Source of the DNA: Candidatus Methanophagales archaeon ANME-1-THS
GTDB taxonomy: Archaea; Halobacteriota; Syntropharchaeia; Alkanophagales; Methanospirareceae
Reading direction: 5' to 3'
Length of the DNA stretch: 40,269 nucleotides
Assembly (NCBI GenBank): GCA_004212135.1
Contig: RXIE01000128.1
Span: 1 to 40,269 of the forward strand
The notes beneath the pieces are model-generated. The model was not told where the DNA came from. It did not search any database and saw nothing but the letters and a program-made list of their open reading frames with translations. Below, in pieces: positions 1-12,100 of this stretch. How positions within the stretch are numbered: position 1 is the stretch's first letter; each line of letters starts with the position of its first letter. The position numbers and the translations under genes are program-made.

Positions 1-1790
1 GCCCAGTAGGAGTGAATGACAATCCAAATCTCGGAGAAACTGACCACTTTAACCACACCATAGATGAGGATAGCACAAGGACATACGCCGTTAAGTTCAA
101 TGACACAGGCTCTTATACGATAAAAGTAATAGATTGGGGTGCTAATGGCGTTTTTGACGGAACATACGACGCCACGGGTGTGCCGTTTGCCGCAGGTGGA
201 GATGATTCGGAGGACACCGTAGATATTACGGTATCACCTAAAGCAGTTACCTTTGACGTACCAGCTACGGCTGTCATCGGAGAGAAGTTTACGATAAAAG
301 GAACTGCGAGCACAGGTACTTACGTAACGGTTGCGGTGGATGACTACGTATATTTAGAATTAGATCGGCTCGTACTTGATGTAAACAAACAATTTTCGAA
401 GGAAATTGATACCGCTGTCCACCCAGCGTTCAAAATAGCTGGTCTGGTACGATTGAAGGCGTTTATCGACAGACCCCCGGGAACAGGCCCTATAGAACCA
501 ACAGAAAAAGATGATGGGTCAGTGGTGATATTATTGGTGAACGGAAGCTTAGTAGCTGAGCTATCAAGTACGTATGTAGCGCAGGGTGACGATTTCAAAA
601 TAAGCGGTACAGCACGAGGGTCAAAGAGTGTGGATATCGTAATCGTTCCTCCAAAGGGTTCTGGTGGCACAATGATAGATGGCACAGCTAAGTGGGAACT
701 TTGTCCGGGGCAAGTCGTAGGTATATATCTGGCATCCGCATCCGTCGCTGAAATCGATCATAACTTCTCGAAGAAGATCTATGTTGGAGATGACGTTGAC
801 ACCGGAAATTATTTAGTTGTAGTACTCAGTCCAGGAAGCGATGGTTTATATGGAAAAGCAGGATGGGCTACTCTTCCAGAAGCGCTAGCCAATTATAATC
901 TCGTTGACAAGACCCAAGAGGAGATCCTGGCGATATTGCAGAATATAACTGCTGAAAGCGATGACCTCTGGGTACAGCTTTACATGAAAGTGGAACTTCC
1001 GTTTGTGAAGCTCGATCCGATTGCAAGTGTGAAAGTTGGAGAGCCGCTGGTGGTAACTGGAACTACCAACAGAGAGGAAGGATTTGCAATTGTTGTTACG
1101 GTCAAAGGACCGGTAGAGCTTACACCACAAGTTGTCACAATAACAAAGGGAACATTCAATGCAATCTTTGATACAACGGGTGCTCCCGCAGGCACATACA
1201 CAGTAAAAGCAGACGATGGAGATGGACATACAGACACAACAACAGTAAAAATACTCCCAGCAATTACACCTACATCAATGCGTCTCTATGAACATTGGAA
1301 CTTCATTTCAGTCCCGAAAAAGCTAGTAGAGGGAAACAACAATTTCAGTCAAGTATTTGGCATGGTGAACACTTCAGGGCATTCGATTTTCTATTATGAT
1401 ACAGTGATAGGCTGGAGAGCGGTAAATGCGAGCGATGAAGTAAAGCCGCTCCGGGGCTACTGGATCTACTCAGCCGAGGATACGGTCGTGTATTTGACTT
1501 ACGACACTTACCCGCTCAGGACGCCGCCAACAAGACAGTTATACAAAGGTTGGAATGCAATTGGATTCTCAGACACGGTACCAGCAGCAGCGAATTCCGC
1601 CTTAACGTCCATTGAGAAAAGCTGGGCGTATTTAATTGGTTTTGACGCTCGTTCTCAAGTATATGAGTCCGCAATAATAAACAATGACGAGACCGGCGGA
1701 GTACATGATGAAGACAGTTTGATGTATCCAATGAAGGGCTACTGGGTTTACGTAACTGAAGACTGCGAGTTAGCAGGGGTTAGCATTTGA
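1..1790 (+). CDS. S-layer/cell-surface glycoprotein-like protein, 5'-truncated by the window
   Basis: The frame is open from base 3 (CCA GTA GGA GTG), so the true start lies upstream. Thr/Asp/Val-rich beta-sandwich composition. C-terminal twin 'WNFISVP..GYW' / 'KGWNAIG..GYW' repeats are typical of methanomicrobial surface proteins. Confidence 0.7.
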   Translation, partial: PVGVNDNPNLGETDHFNHTIDEDSTRTYAVKFNDTGSYTIKVIDWGANGVFDGTYDATGVPFAAGGDDSEDTVDITVSPKAVTFDVPATAVIGEKFTIKGTASTGTYVTVAVDDYVYLELDRLVLDVNKQFSKEIDTAVHPAFKIAGLVRLKAFIDRPPGTGPIEPTEKDDGSVVILLVNGSLVAELSSTYVAQGDDFKISGTARGSKSVDIVIVPPKGSGGTMIDGTAKWELCPGQVVGIYLASASVAEIDHNFSKKIYVGDDVDTGNYLVVVLSPGSDGLYGKAGWATLPEALANYNLVDKTQEEILAILQNITAESDDLWVQLYMKVELPFVKLDPIASVKVGEPLVVTGTTNREEGFAIVVTVKGPVELTPQVVTITKGTFNAIFDTTGAPAGTYTVKADDGDGHTDTTTVKILPAITPTSMRLYEHWNFISVPKKLVEGNNNFSQVFGMVNTSGHSIFYYDTVIGWRAVNASDEVKPLRGYWIYSAEDTVVYLTYDTYPLRTPPTRQLYKGWNAIGFSDTVPAAANSALTSIEKSWAYLIGFDARSQVYESAIINNDETGGVHDEDSLMYPMKGYWVYVTEDCELAGVSI

Positions 1791-1811
1791 AAATGGATGC
1801 TTGGAGACGAA

Positions 1812-2852
1812 ATGAAACAAAAGAGACGATTAATTGCAATCCTAGCTATCTTAGTGCTCTTTTCATCTTTTCTTTCCACTACTACGGCATTTGATTTACC
1901 ACCGTTACCCGCAGAATTCTACGGTCTCGTGGAAATAAACGGAAAACCAGCACCAGTAGGAACAGAAATAGTAGCAAAAATAGGGGACGAAGCAAGGGGT
2001 AAATTAGATACAGAAAAAGGAAAATACGGTGGCTCGGGGAAATTCGATGAGAAACTCGTGGTTCAAGCTGGTGACGAAGAAATAGGCGAGATTATATCCT
2101 TCTGGATTAACGGATTAAAAACTGAGCAAACTGCGATATACGAACCTGGTACTCTTAATTCGATTAACCTGGCAGTGACGATGCCTGAAATCTCACCAAC
2201 ACCACCAGTAGAAGTCAGGGGAAGAGATAGCAGCGGGGGAGCGGCACCGGAAGCACCAATGAACGTCCCGATAGATCCAGCAACAGGTGCTGTAACATCC
2301 ACCACAACATTAACGGTTGACCGCGCAACCTTGACCGTTCCAGCGGGCGCCATCGTGAAGGATGCGGAAGGAAAGCCGCTCTCAACTCCAATCACTATGT
2401 TACATACCGCAACAATTGCAGAGAGCGTTGGTGCACTTACTGCGTACGATTTCGGGCCGAGTGGGACGACGTTTTCGCCACCAATTGACCTTGTGATTGC
2501 ATACGACCCGGCAGACATACCTCAAGGGTTCCGTGAATCAGATCTTGTGATCAGGATGTGGGACGGCACGACATGGGTTGATCTTGATACGACCATAGAT
2601 ACAGTAACGCATACCGCAACTGCAAAGGTGTCGCACTTCACGTTATTCGCTCTCTTCGCAGTTCCACCAGCAATGCCAACGCCTACCCCGATAGTAACTC
2701 CTGCGGTAACACTAGCAGTAACACCAGCACCTACGTCTACACCACCTGTATTCAAATTGCCAGCAATGAGCATCGTCGTAGTCGTAATAATAGCACTGGT
2801 CATTGCCGTGATAATCATAGCAGGCGCTTACAGGATGCGGAGAAGGAGATAA
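1812..2852 (+). CDS. Membrane-anchored surface protein (signal peptide, Ig-like domain, PGF-pre-PGF-like domain, Pro/Thr linker, TM helix + RRRR)
   Basis: ATG at 1812 follows GGAG. N-terminus MKQKRR plus a hydrophobic stretch. 'YDFGPSGTTFSPP...VSHFTLFALF' domain and a C-terminal TM helix with basic tail. Confidence 0.75.
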   Translation: MKQKRRLIAILAILVLFSSFLSTTTAFDLPPLPAEFYGLVEINGKPAPVGTEIVAKIGDEARGKLDTEKGKYGGSGKFDEKLVVQAGDEEIGEIISFWINGLKTEQTAIYEPGTLNSINLAVTMPEISPTPPVEVRGRDSSGGAAPEAPMNVPIDPATGAVTSTTTLTVDRATLTVPAGAIVKDAEGKPLSTPITMLHTATIAESVGALTAYDFGPSGTTFSPPIDLVIAYDPADIPQGFRESDLVIRMWDGTTWVDLDTTIDTVTHTATAKVSHFTLFALFAVPPAMPTPTPIVTPAVTLAVTPAPTSTPPVFKLPAMSIVVVVIIALVIAVIIIAGAYRMRRRR

Positions 2853-2853
2853 C

Positions 2854-2879
2854 AAAAAGGTTTATTCCCCCTCTTTTTC
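2854..2879 (+). terminator. Possible terminator
   Basis: AAAAAG...CTTTTT inverted repeat and pyrimidine run directly after the stop codon. Confidence 0.35.
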
Positions 2880-3105
2880 AATCTTGGTTTGATTACACCT
2901 ACCACACCTTCGCGTATTCGTCCTGGAGGACGCCAAACGAAAGATTGAAGGATTTCACTGCGAGAAGTTCCGAAGCTATAGCAGGACTTTAGGTTCGTAC
3001 TTCAGATTCTTATACCTTTTTAAACTCCACTCTGCTTTGCATAGCTCTATCTATCGTAATTTCATTCACTCAGGAGAGATGGAGAAGTTATGAGAGAGGG
3101 ATTAT

Positions 3106-6100
3106 ATGAATACAAGACATAGCATTTTAGTGGTTGAGATCAGTCTCTTAGTCTTCTGTCTGCTCGTTGGAACAGTGGCTCCAACGACCTGGTATGCGGA
3201 CGATGGAGGCGGAGCGGATTTCACCCGGATACAAGACACGGATCGTGCATCTGCTCGTACGGTTCCATTGGATAAATTTGTTGGCGAAATCGATGCTTTC
3301 CAAAAGCCCCGTTCTGATGATTCCTCCTCGCTTTCCCTCTCTAACGAATCAACGATTTCAAATTCTTATACCAATTCCTTATCGTCCGATATTGACCGCT
3401 TCTTACATGCGAACAAATCAGTCTTCCTCTTCTTCTATGCCAACTGGTGCCACTTCTGCCAGGAGCAAAAACCTATAATTGATGAATTGGAGCAGGAATA
3501 TGCTGATAGGATTACGTTTATCCGTACCGATGCCGACGAAAATCCACACGCACTGAATGAGTTCAGCGTTACAGAACTCCCTGCTCTGTTTTTGATTATT
3601 GATAAGAACGAGGAAGGATACGTTTATCAGAAATTTAGCGGCTTTACAGGGAAAGAAATATTGACAGAGAGTTTTGATTATGTGGTTGCGAATGGGCGTT
3701 TACCTGAAGATTCGGGATATCCCTCCTCATCTTCCTCATCTTCCTTCCGAATTCCAAAATCGAACGAGATTGTGAGCCGAAGCTCCCTCACCATAGATGA
3801 CCTCTCTTTCCTTGAAAATGATACGGACTTCCAGGAAAATCTTGCGTATGTAAGAACCCAGGGCTATGTTTACCCGAGCGCTGCGGAAAAAATCACCTAT
3901 TCAGATGAATCATACTCAATTAACTTACTGCTCTCCACTAGTGATACTACCAATGTTGTTTTTATTTCCAAATCATTTCGAGCAAGTGGTTCTGGCACTT
4001 ATATGATGAAATGGAAGGATGATGGCATTGTTATTTTCAATAAGGATGGCGGGATAACAATTTATGACAATGGTTCTATTTCCAGCTACGATACGCATCA
4101 TAGCTGCAGTTTCACAGATTGCGAGCTTGCGTGCGTAACGAAGAAATTCAAGAACCCCTCGCTGTTATATCTTGAACAAAAGATAACCGATATTCTTCTC
4201 TCGTGCGCAGGCGCGAAAGCCGCGGATGCTTTTAAAAATTCATATAAATTCACCAAATCAGTCAAATGCGGATATGAATGCAGCGGTGCAGATCCTTCTG
4301 TTTCTTCTTCCAAATGTGCAAGATGCATTATAGGCATCACAGCCGGGTCAGTGCCGGGAGCAGGTTGCGCTGTTGGTTTATGGAACATTCTGGGCGATTT
4401 CCTTGACCCCTATGCGGACTGCGCATCTGAATGCGCTGCAGATCCCTCTGCTTATGGAAACCCGTGCAAGAACAATCAGGTTAGAAAAATCTGCATCGAG
4501 AATTTTGGGGGACTCGAAAATACCGATGGCATGGTGGGCGAGAGCTGCAACGATTGCACGTGGGAATTTGACTATGCAGTTTTGCCAATTAGAGTGTGCC
4601 CTCTAAACCAGGAGTGTGTGATGACTCCATCGGGTCAACCAGAGTGCCGGGAGAGGACTGAATGCAGGAGCAATGACCGATGTGTTACCGCTTCACGTGC
4701 TCCCGGTGGATGCTGCCAGTATACGCGCAGTCCTGGGTGCGATCAGCCCGATGATAACTTTGACGTCTCCACACCAAATGCTCCAGCACTGGAAAGTTCC
4801 TCTACTTCTCCTGAAACGATATATGATCCAGCGGTGGCGGTGCTGAACAACGGATTTGCACAGGGTATAATAGCCCATCTTGCAAGAAATGGAGAGCAAG
4901 TGGGGCTGGTTGAACCGAACTTAGCAGGACTTGATCGCTATACGATCCTCATCATACCCTCCGGAGGGCTTCATGGAGTAGGAACTGAGACATTCAAGAG
5001 CACAATCGATAGCTTTGTTTTCAATGGCGGTGTGCTCATTGTCTTCGATCAACAATATGGCTCAGATTACAGCTCAATACCCGGCAAACTGCAAGCGTTC
5101 GGCTGGCGCGAAGACCAGAGCTGCCAGTTCAGTTCCACCGCAATGACCGCCTTCCACCCCATTTTGAGTGGGCAGCCAGGTATTGTTTCCAGTTTCAATG
5201 TAGATGGCTTCTTCACGAAATGGCCCGCAAATGCAAACATCATTTTAACAAGGACCAAAAATGGCTTCCCGGCATTTATAACCTACCCGCATGGAAGAGG
5301 ATTAATAATCGCCTCAACCCTGTACTCCGATTATTCTCAAACCCTCCACCAGCAAACCGGGGATGAACTACTATTAATGCGAGACCTGACAGCCTGGATC
5401 CGGGGCATAAGGAGTATGCCCCCGTACCTCGAACGGGATGTTGCTGTCGAAACTCTTCCTCTCCGCTCACCCAGCAATTTCTCAGTAATCATCAGAAATG
5501 TGCAGATGGAATCTGCAACCTACCCAGAATTTAATGCCGGCGATACCGTAGTTCTCCCAGTAAATGTGACCAATTATGGGAACAGGACAGCAGATATGGT
5601 AGCTTTTAAAATTTACAGCCCCACCTTCGTGCCCAGCTATGTAAACGTCTCAGCCGCTATACCTCCAAACGCCAGTCAGAATATCACCCTCAATTATAAG
5701 ACGCTTCCCTCCTCACAACAAGGAATCTGGTTTACCCTGTACACTCTCTACTCAGAAGATGAGCCGATCTGGGCTGACTATGGAGATGCATTTGCGCTGG
5801 GCGTTACCATGACTGATCTCTCCTTATTTACTATATCACTCGTTCTCAGATCTCCTGCCAATTACGTTGTGGATACTCGAACCGTATCCACTCGTATTCT
5901 TCCAGGGGAGAGCCAAACAGTGGGAATAGAACATACTCTGCCATATGGAGATGTATATGGTATCTGGTACCTGGAGTACAAAGTAGAAAACCAAATTGGT
6001 GAGGTTACTGATAAAGGCATAAAGATGTTCTCGTTAACCAGATTCAATACCACCGAGAGAGGCTGGACATATCCGGGCAACTTCAGCTTCGCCATTACGA

Positions 6101-9100
6101 GCGAGACAGAGGACTTCATAGTTGGTGAGCCCGCAGTGTTCACATTCCTCATCTGGAATTCTGGAGCTGAGGATAAAATAGTGAATGTAACGTGGGGTGC
6201 CATCCACCACGTGTGGCGCGGAGTCGTGCCAGGCGGCTGGGATTGGGGAATGGATAATAGTGTGCTTGTAAGAGCGCATAATTACACCTCCTTCCAGTAT
6301 ACCCTCCCTCGCGTGGTAGAATCGGATAGACTGCGAGCAAAATTCTACATAGACGGACATCTTGTTGGATACGCTGACAGGGGAATAAATGCCGTAACGC
6401 CTGCAATAAGGATCGAGCTGAGCACCAATCGCAGTGCGTATTATACCGGTGATGATGTGTTGTTAGATTTGACTGCAACCAATTTGAGAAGCGTGTCATA
6501 CAATGTGTCCCTCAACCTCTCAATATACGACCCTGAATCACAGGTTGTGCTTCAAAACTCTACGGTGATACCCTTTTCAGCGGATTCCCGAGAGGAGATT
6601 GAGTACAAATACCCGCTTTCTGACGATGCAAAGGTAGGACTGTATCGTATTTCTGTTAACTGGGCGGGCGGCGCCGGGACTGCATCCAAAAATTTCATTG
6701 TGGCACCGCCCCACCTGCAGATGATAAATAAAACACTGCCGGAAATCATCATACCCGGTTCAATTCAAACTGCATCGTTCACCATAAAAAATATCGGGAG
6801 CAGCGGAAATGCAACATTTAATCTCTCATTCAAGAACAGCACCGATATAGTGTACGAGGATACCGGGACATTCAGACTCGCGCGAGGCGAGGAGACGGAA
6901 CTGAATTTCAGTATCTCAGCAGAGCCACACAAATACACTTACGGCAACAAATTTGTAATCGCCTATACTTTTGACTCTGGAGATTATGGAACGATTAATG
7001 GCGCTGAGGTGTACCCCTCGAGTCTTGCCGTGCTTTTTGACACGAAACCACGCTATAAACAGGGGGAGAACCTCACCTTCAACGTCACCATTCGTAACTC
7101 CGGCAAAACGGTTGAGAACATAACGGCTAACTTTACCGTGCCGAGTTTAGCACTTGAAGATATAGCTGAACGTAACCTCTACTCGGGTGAAAAGTATACG
7201 CAGAGTTTCAGCAAGCTGATACCCCTTGAGGTGGGAAGCGGTGTCTACGCTATTATTGCAGAAATAGGCGGAAAAGAATACAAATCGAGCTACTACATAC
7301 CCTCGCCTGACCTTCTCCTCAGCCTGAATGCGGCTGAATACTCAGCGGGAGAGGATATAACAATAGGTATAGACAATTCAGGTGGCGCAGTCACACCGTT
7401 CAACCTCAGTATGTTCCTCATCGACTCTGGGGCGAGCAGGATAGCGGACAAGAGTGAAACAGATATGTTATTTGCAGGAGAGTTCAAAGAGTATCTCCTC
7501 CACATACCGGGCCAGGCGACGAGCGGAAGTTATATGCTGCGTGCGCAGGCAGAGTACGGAGGCAGAGCTGCAAGTCTTTCCAGGAGTATCACAATAAACG
7601 GACTTGAAGCGGGCCTCAACGTAAGCACCACTAAGAAAATTTACCTCGCGACAGAGACCAAAACGGTGCAAAGCACTATAACAAATGGCGATACAGCAAT
7701 TGAAACTGCAACCCTTCAACTACAAATCATAGGACAGCCTACTGGCATAGAAGAAGGCACGTGGCAGCGCCACCCTACGCCTTGGGACGTGCCGATGTTT
7801 GGGGCAATCGAGATTGACAGCAATGGAGACATATGGCTCGGAACCTCCGGAACTGGTTCATACACTTCAACAAAGATGTTTGGCGTTCTCAAGTACACCT
7901 CTGGCGTATTTGAAAGATATACCAATGCCCTTGAGTGGGGCGCCAAAAGCATTGCAATTTACAACAATACGATATACGCTGCAAACTATTATGGCCCTGG
8001 AGTTGCCTCGCTAAATGAAAGCGGATTCAACACCCTGCTTTCCACCAACAGCGAGCTTCCAAGTGAAGGTATTCTTGAATTGGATGCAGATTCCTCTGGC
8101 TTATGGTTTGTTTCTCATGTAGGAATAAGTCGTTTCGATGGCACACGATGGACCCATTACAATTATTCAAATACCGGTCTAAATTTATATGGACATATCG
8201 AGGCGGATAATAAAGGCGGCGTATGGGTGGGGGGATACTCTGGCTGGTATCACTTCAATGGCAGCGCCTGGGAAGTCTTTAACTCTACCAACACCAACGG
8301 CCTCTTCTTCGCTCAACTTCACGATATAGAAGTGGATAGCACTAACAACACCTACTTCATGGGCTGGACAGCGATGGGCCGTCCGACCAAGATCGTTACG
8401 TTTGATGGCACGAACTGGACGCAGGAGGAGAAAGATATATGCGGACAGAATTACATAGCGGATATAGACGTAGCACCTGATGGCACGCTCTGGGCTGCAT
8501 GCGTGCAACAAGGGGCTTATTTCAAAAATGCAACGGGATGGCAGCTCCCGCTGACTACCGCGAACTCAGGTCTGCCCTCTAACTATCTAACAGCTGTTAA
8601 AGCAGACGCGGACAAAGTTGTATTTGGAACAGCAGAGCCTCTTGCGGGATATGAGAATTACAATATGGCTCTTGCGCTATATAATGGCACCTGGGCTGTT
8701 TATAACCAATCTAACTCGAATATTCCCTCAAGAAATAAATCCGGGAGCTCAAATCAAATCAATGCTCTAGAGATTTCTCCCGACGGAACTATCTGGCTCG
8801 GACATAACCTCGGTCTCTCAAAGCTTGAAAATGGCGAGTTTGTTAATTATTATAACACCGGTACGATCAACTCCAATGATGTATTTTCACTATCAAAATC
8901 ACCAGGTGGAGAGCTCTGGTTTGGAGGATATACCGCGATTGATAAATTCAATGGAAGCTGGAACGGCTTCAGATATCAGGATAGCTTCGGGCCCCGCGCG
9001 TGGTATTGGCGCTCAACATACGTGGATTCAAAAGGCAGACTATGGATAGCCGCTGACGACTATGGAATACTGATGTATAATGGAACAGGTTGGACGCACT

Positions 9101-12100
9101 ATGATTATTCTAAAAATGAAGAATTCAATTATGACCGTATTCACTTTGTCCCCACGGAGCGATCTACCAATGAGATAGTGGCAATGGGAGAGGACTCCTC
9201 AGGAGCAGTCATAGCAGTTAACTCCTGGGGCGACCAGTACACCCTCTACGAGAATAATTCGGCGTTTGAGGATTATCCTGGTTATGGTGGCTTTTTAGAT
9301 ATGGTCATAGACAGCGCTGATAATCGGTGGTACATAGATTCCCAGGGTGCTTACGGTCTTTTAAAGCGTGATAACGCAGGAGTATACACGCGATACTTGC
9401 CCCCCGAAGAGCTTTGGCCCCCCGAAGAGACTTATATCTCTGCTCTCGCGCTTGATAGCGCTGGAAGAATCTGGGCTGGAAGCATAGATAGCACGTATGA
9501 TGCATCAACTCGCATTCAATTGTTCGTCTGGGATGGTCTTGCATGGACAAAATTCGAGAGCGAAGACCTGGAGCTTTCGCTCTATCTGCTTTATAAAATG
9601 AAATTCGATTCAACCGGCAGGCTCTGGATAACTACGAATATTGGTCTGTTTTCATTTACCCCCGGATCATTTACGATTGAAGCGTACAACGGAACCTGGC
9701 AAATAGTAGGCATCGAACACTTCCAGGGTCAGCCATATCCTGACCGATATGCGACAAAAACAATAGATCTGCCCGAGGGCAGTACAAAAGTCCGATTGAC
9801 GCATAAGAACACAGAAACTGCCCATATAGATGCAGCGCTTCTTAACGGCAATGCTCCGATACGTATTATTGATCGAAGTACGAATGCTCAACTGCCGCCC
9901 GCCAAGCTCGCAAAAGCGGATTACGACATAATTGACGCGGTCGCACGTACGATTGAAATTGCATGGGGCTCTCCGGGAACTAAGCTGACCTTAACAGCGG
10001 TCGAAGAGGATATACGTGGAGTACCAATTTCATGGCCTGAAGAGGGCTATCTGAACTATCTACTCGGTACGCCGCAAACCTTCTCGAAGTACCTTATTCC
10101 CGCTTCAAGCCATCCTGCAGGCACCTTCTACGCAACCTTCTCAACCACTCCCGATGTGTTACTGGTGAATCTTGATGTTACGGGCGACAATACGTTAGAT
10201 CCCGAAGGGGACTGGGCAGAACTTCGCATAGTAACTCAGAATGGTCTCAAGAGTTTCCGTATCAGCAATACAGAAACCGTCTGGGGCACAAGCAGGTATG
10301 AATACACCGAGAAGGTACCATGGCAGCACAAAACCTATCAATTTAGTATACCGCTCAGCGAATTAGGCGTATCCCATGGAGACGAAATAATGTTCCAGAT
10401 CGGCTACTATGGAACGATGGTCGTCCCACCGCCGGCGCCAATTGCAACACTTCTCTGGGAGGATATACGGGAGATTAACCTCTCGCCTCACGAGACTTTG
10501 GCTGAGGATATAGATGTGGGCACGCTTGGCAACGCGGTTGGCAAACTTATTCTGCGCGGTACTCTACGGTCTTCAACCGGGCAGCTAATAGCTGAAGATG
10601 AGTATCTCTTCTACGCTATCAAAGGAAATACCTCGCTCGAGACGGAACTCAATAAAAAGATATACAGACCTGATGAAATCGTAGCCCTTAAGGAGCGGGT
10701 GAGAAATCACGCAGACGTTGCTCTCGAAGATGCCGCGCTAAAAGTCGAGGTTGACGGCGCCGAGGTGTATGCTCGATCTGGAGTTAGCATCTCAGCGGGC
10801 GGCTATTTTGATTTCCCTGTTACTATTCCCCCGGTTGAAGGAAATCATTCTATCAGAAGCAAGGTCACTCAGGCAGGCAATGTGCTGGTAGAGATACTAG
10901 ACGAATACAAAGTATCAGCCCCGTCACTGGAGGAGAATATTACCATACCGGATATTGCAGGTAGAGCTCCATTCTTCATCGAGGTACTGCTCAATAACAC
11001 CGGAGAGGTTGACGCGAGTGTAACGGTGAGCATAGATGATAGCGCGCAAGCCGCATCACTCATGCCCGGCGAGATAAAACTCTTGAGGTTTGAGAAGCAG
11101 ATACATGCAACGTCAACTATAATCATCAACATTTCAGGCGACCTCACCAAAACCATAACGAAAGAGGTTGTATTTGGAGAATCTGTTGCTATTTCCTTGA
11201 ATACGAGCACGGCTTACACGCCTGGTCAGGTAGTCATCCCCTACCTTGTTGCAAACAATGGTCTCTTAGATGTGAACTTCAATCTCACGTTCAGCTTGGA
11301 TTCAAGCACTGAAGCAAGAGCGATATATCTCCCTGCCGGAGAAAATATGACGGGATTATTGGTGTACAATCTCACCTCAGGCGAGTACATCCTGAGTTAC
11401 ACCTCCATCTATGGCAGCGATAGCAAAGTGATTGTGGTAGCGCCGAGGGGAGCAGAGATCCAGAATGTGAGCATTGTGGAGAACGAAGGTGCTCTTGTTG
11501 TCTCGAGCACCATGAAAAATCGGGGCGGTGAGCAGTTCATCGGAACCGTACACCTGAGCTCAGAATTCTATATGAATGAAACCGCACTTGAACTTGATGC
11601 AAGTGGAGAGAGTAATTTAACGTTTGGTATAGACACCACAAATGTCTCTGAAGGCGTATATACCATAACTCTTACGGTGCTTGAGGACGGGATTCCAGTC
11701 TCCGAAAAGTCAGGAGAAGTGCAATTAGCGCCAAAGATCATCTTCACCGCACTACCAGGCGATCTGGTCTTTTCACTCGGAGAGACTCGAGATCTAATTG
11801 TAGGTGTTAAGAATTATGGCACAGCCGGCGGACTTGCCGAGGTCAATATGACCATGCAAGGCATTGGAACACAGACCAATTCCACCTGGCTGCGCCCCGG
11901 AGAAGAAGCAGATCTTGTATTCACTGCGATAATCCCGGATGACTTAGAAGAAAAGAGCTATACGATGTTCTTGGAGTTGAATGGAACGAAAAATAAGATC
12001 TCGTATTTCGTGCACGGGGCAAAAATCTCGGTAAATGCGAGCCTGGACAAGTATTTCTATACCGAAGGCGAGAACGCCACGCTTACCCTGCAGGTGAAAA

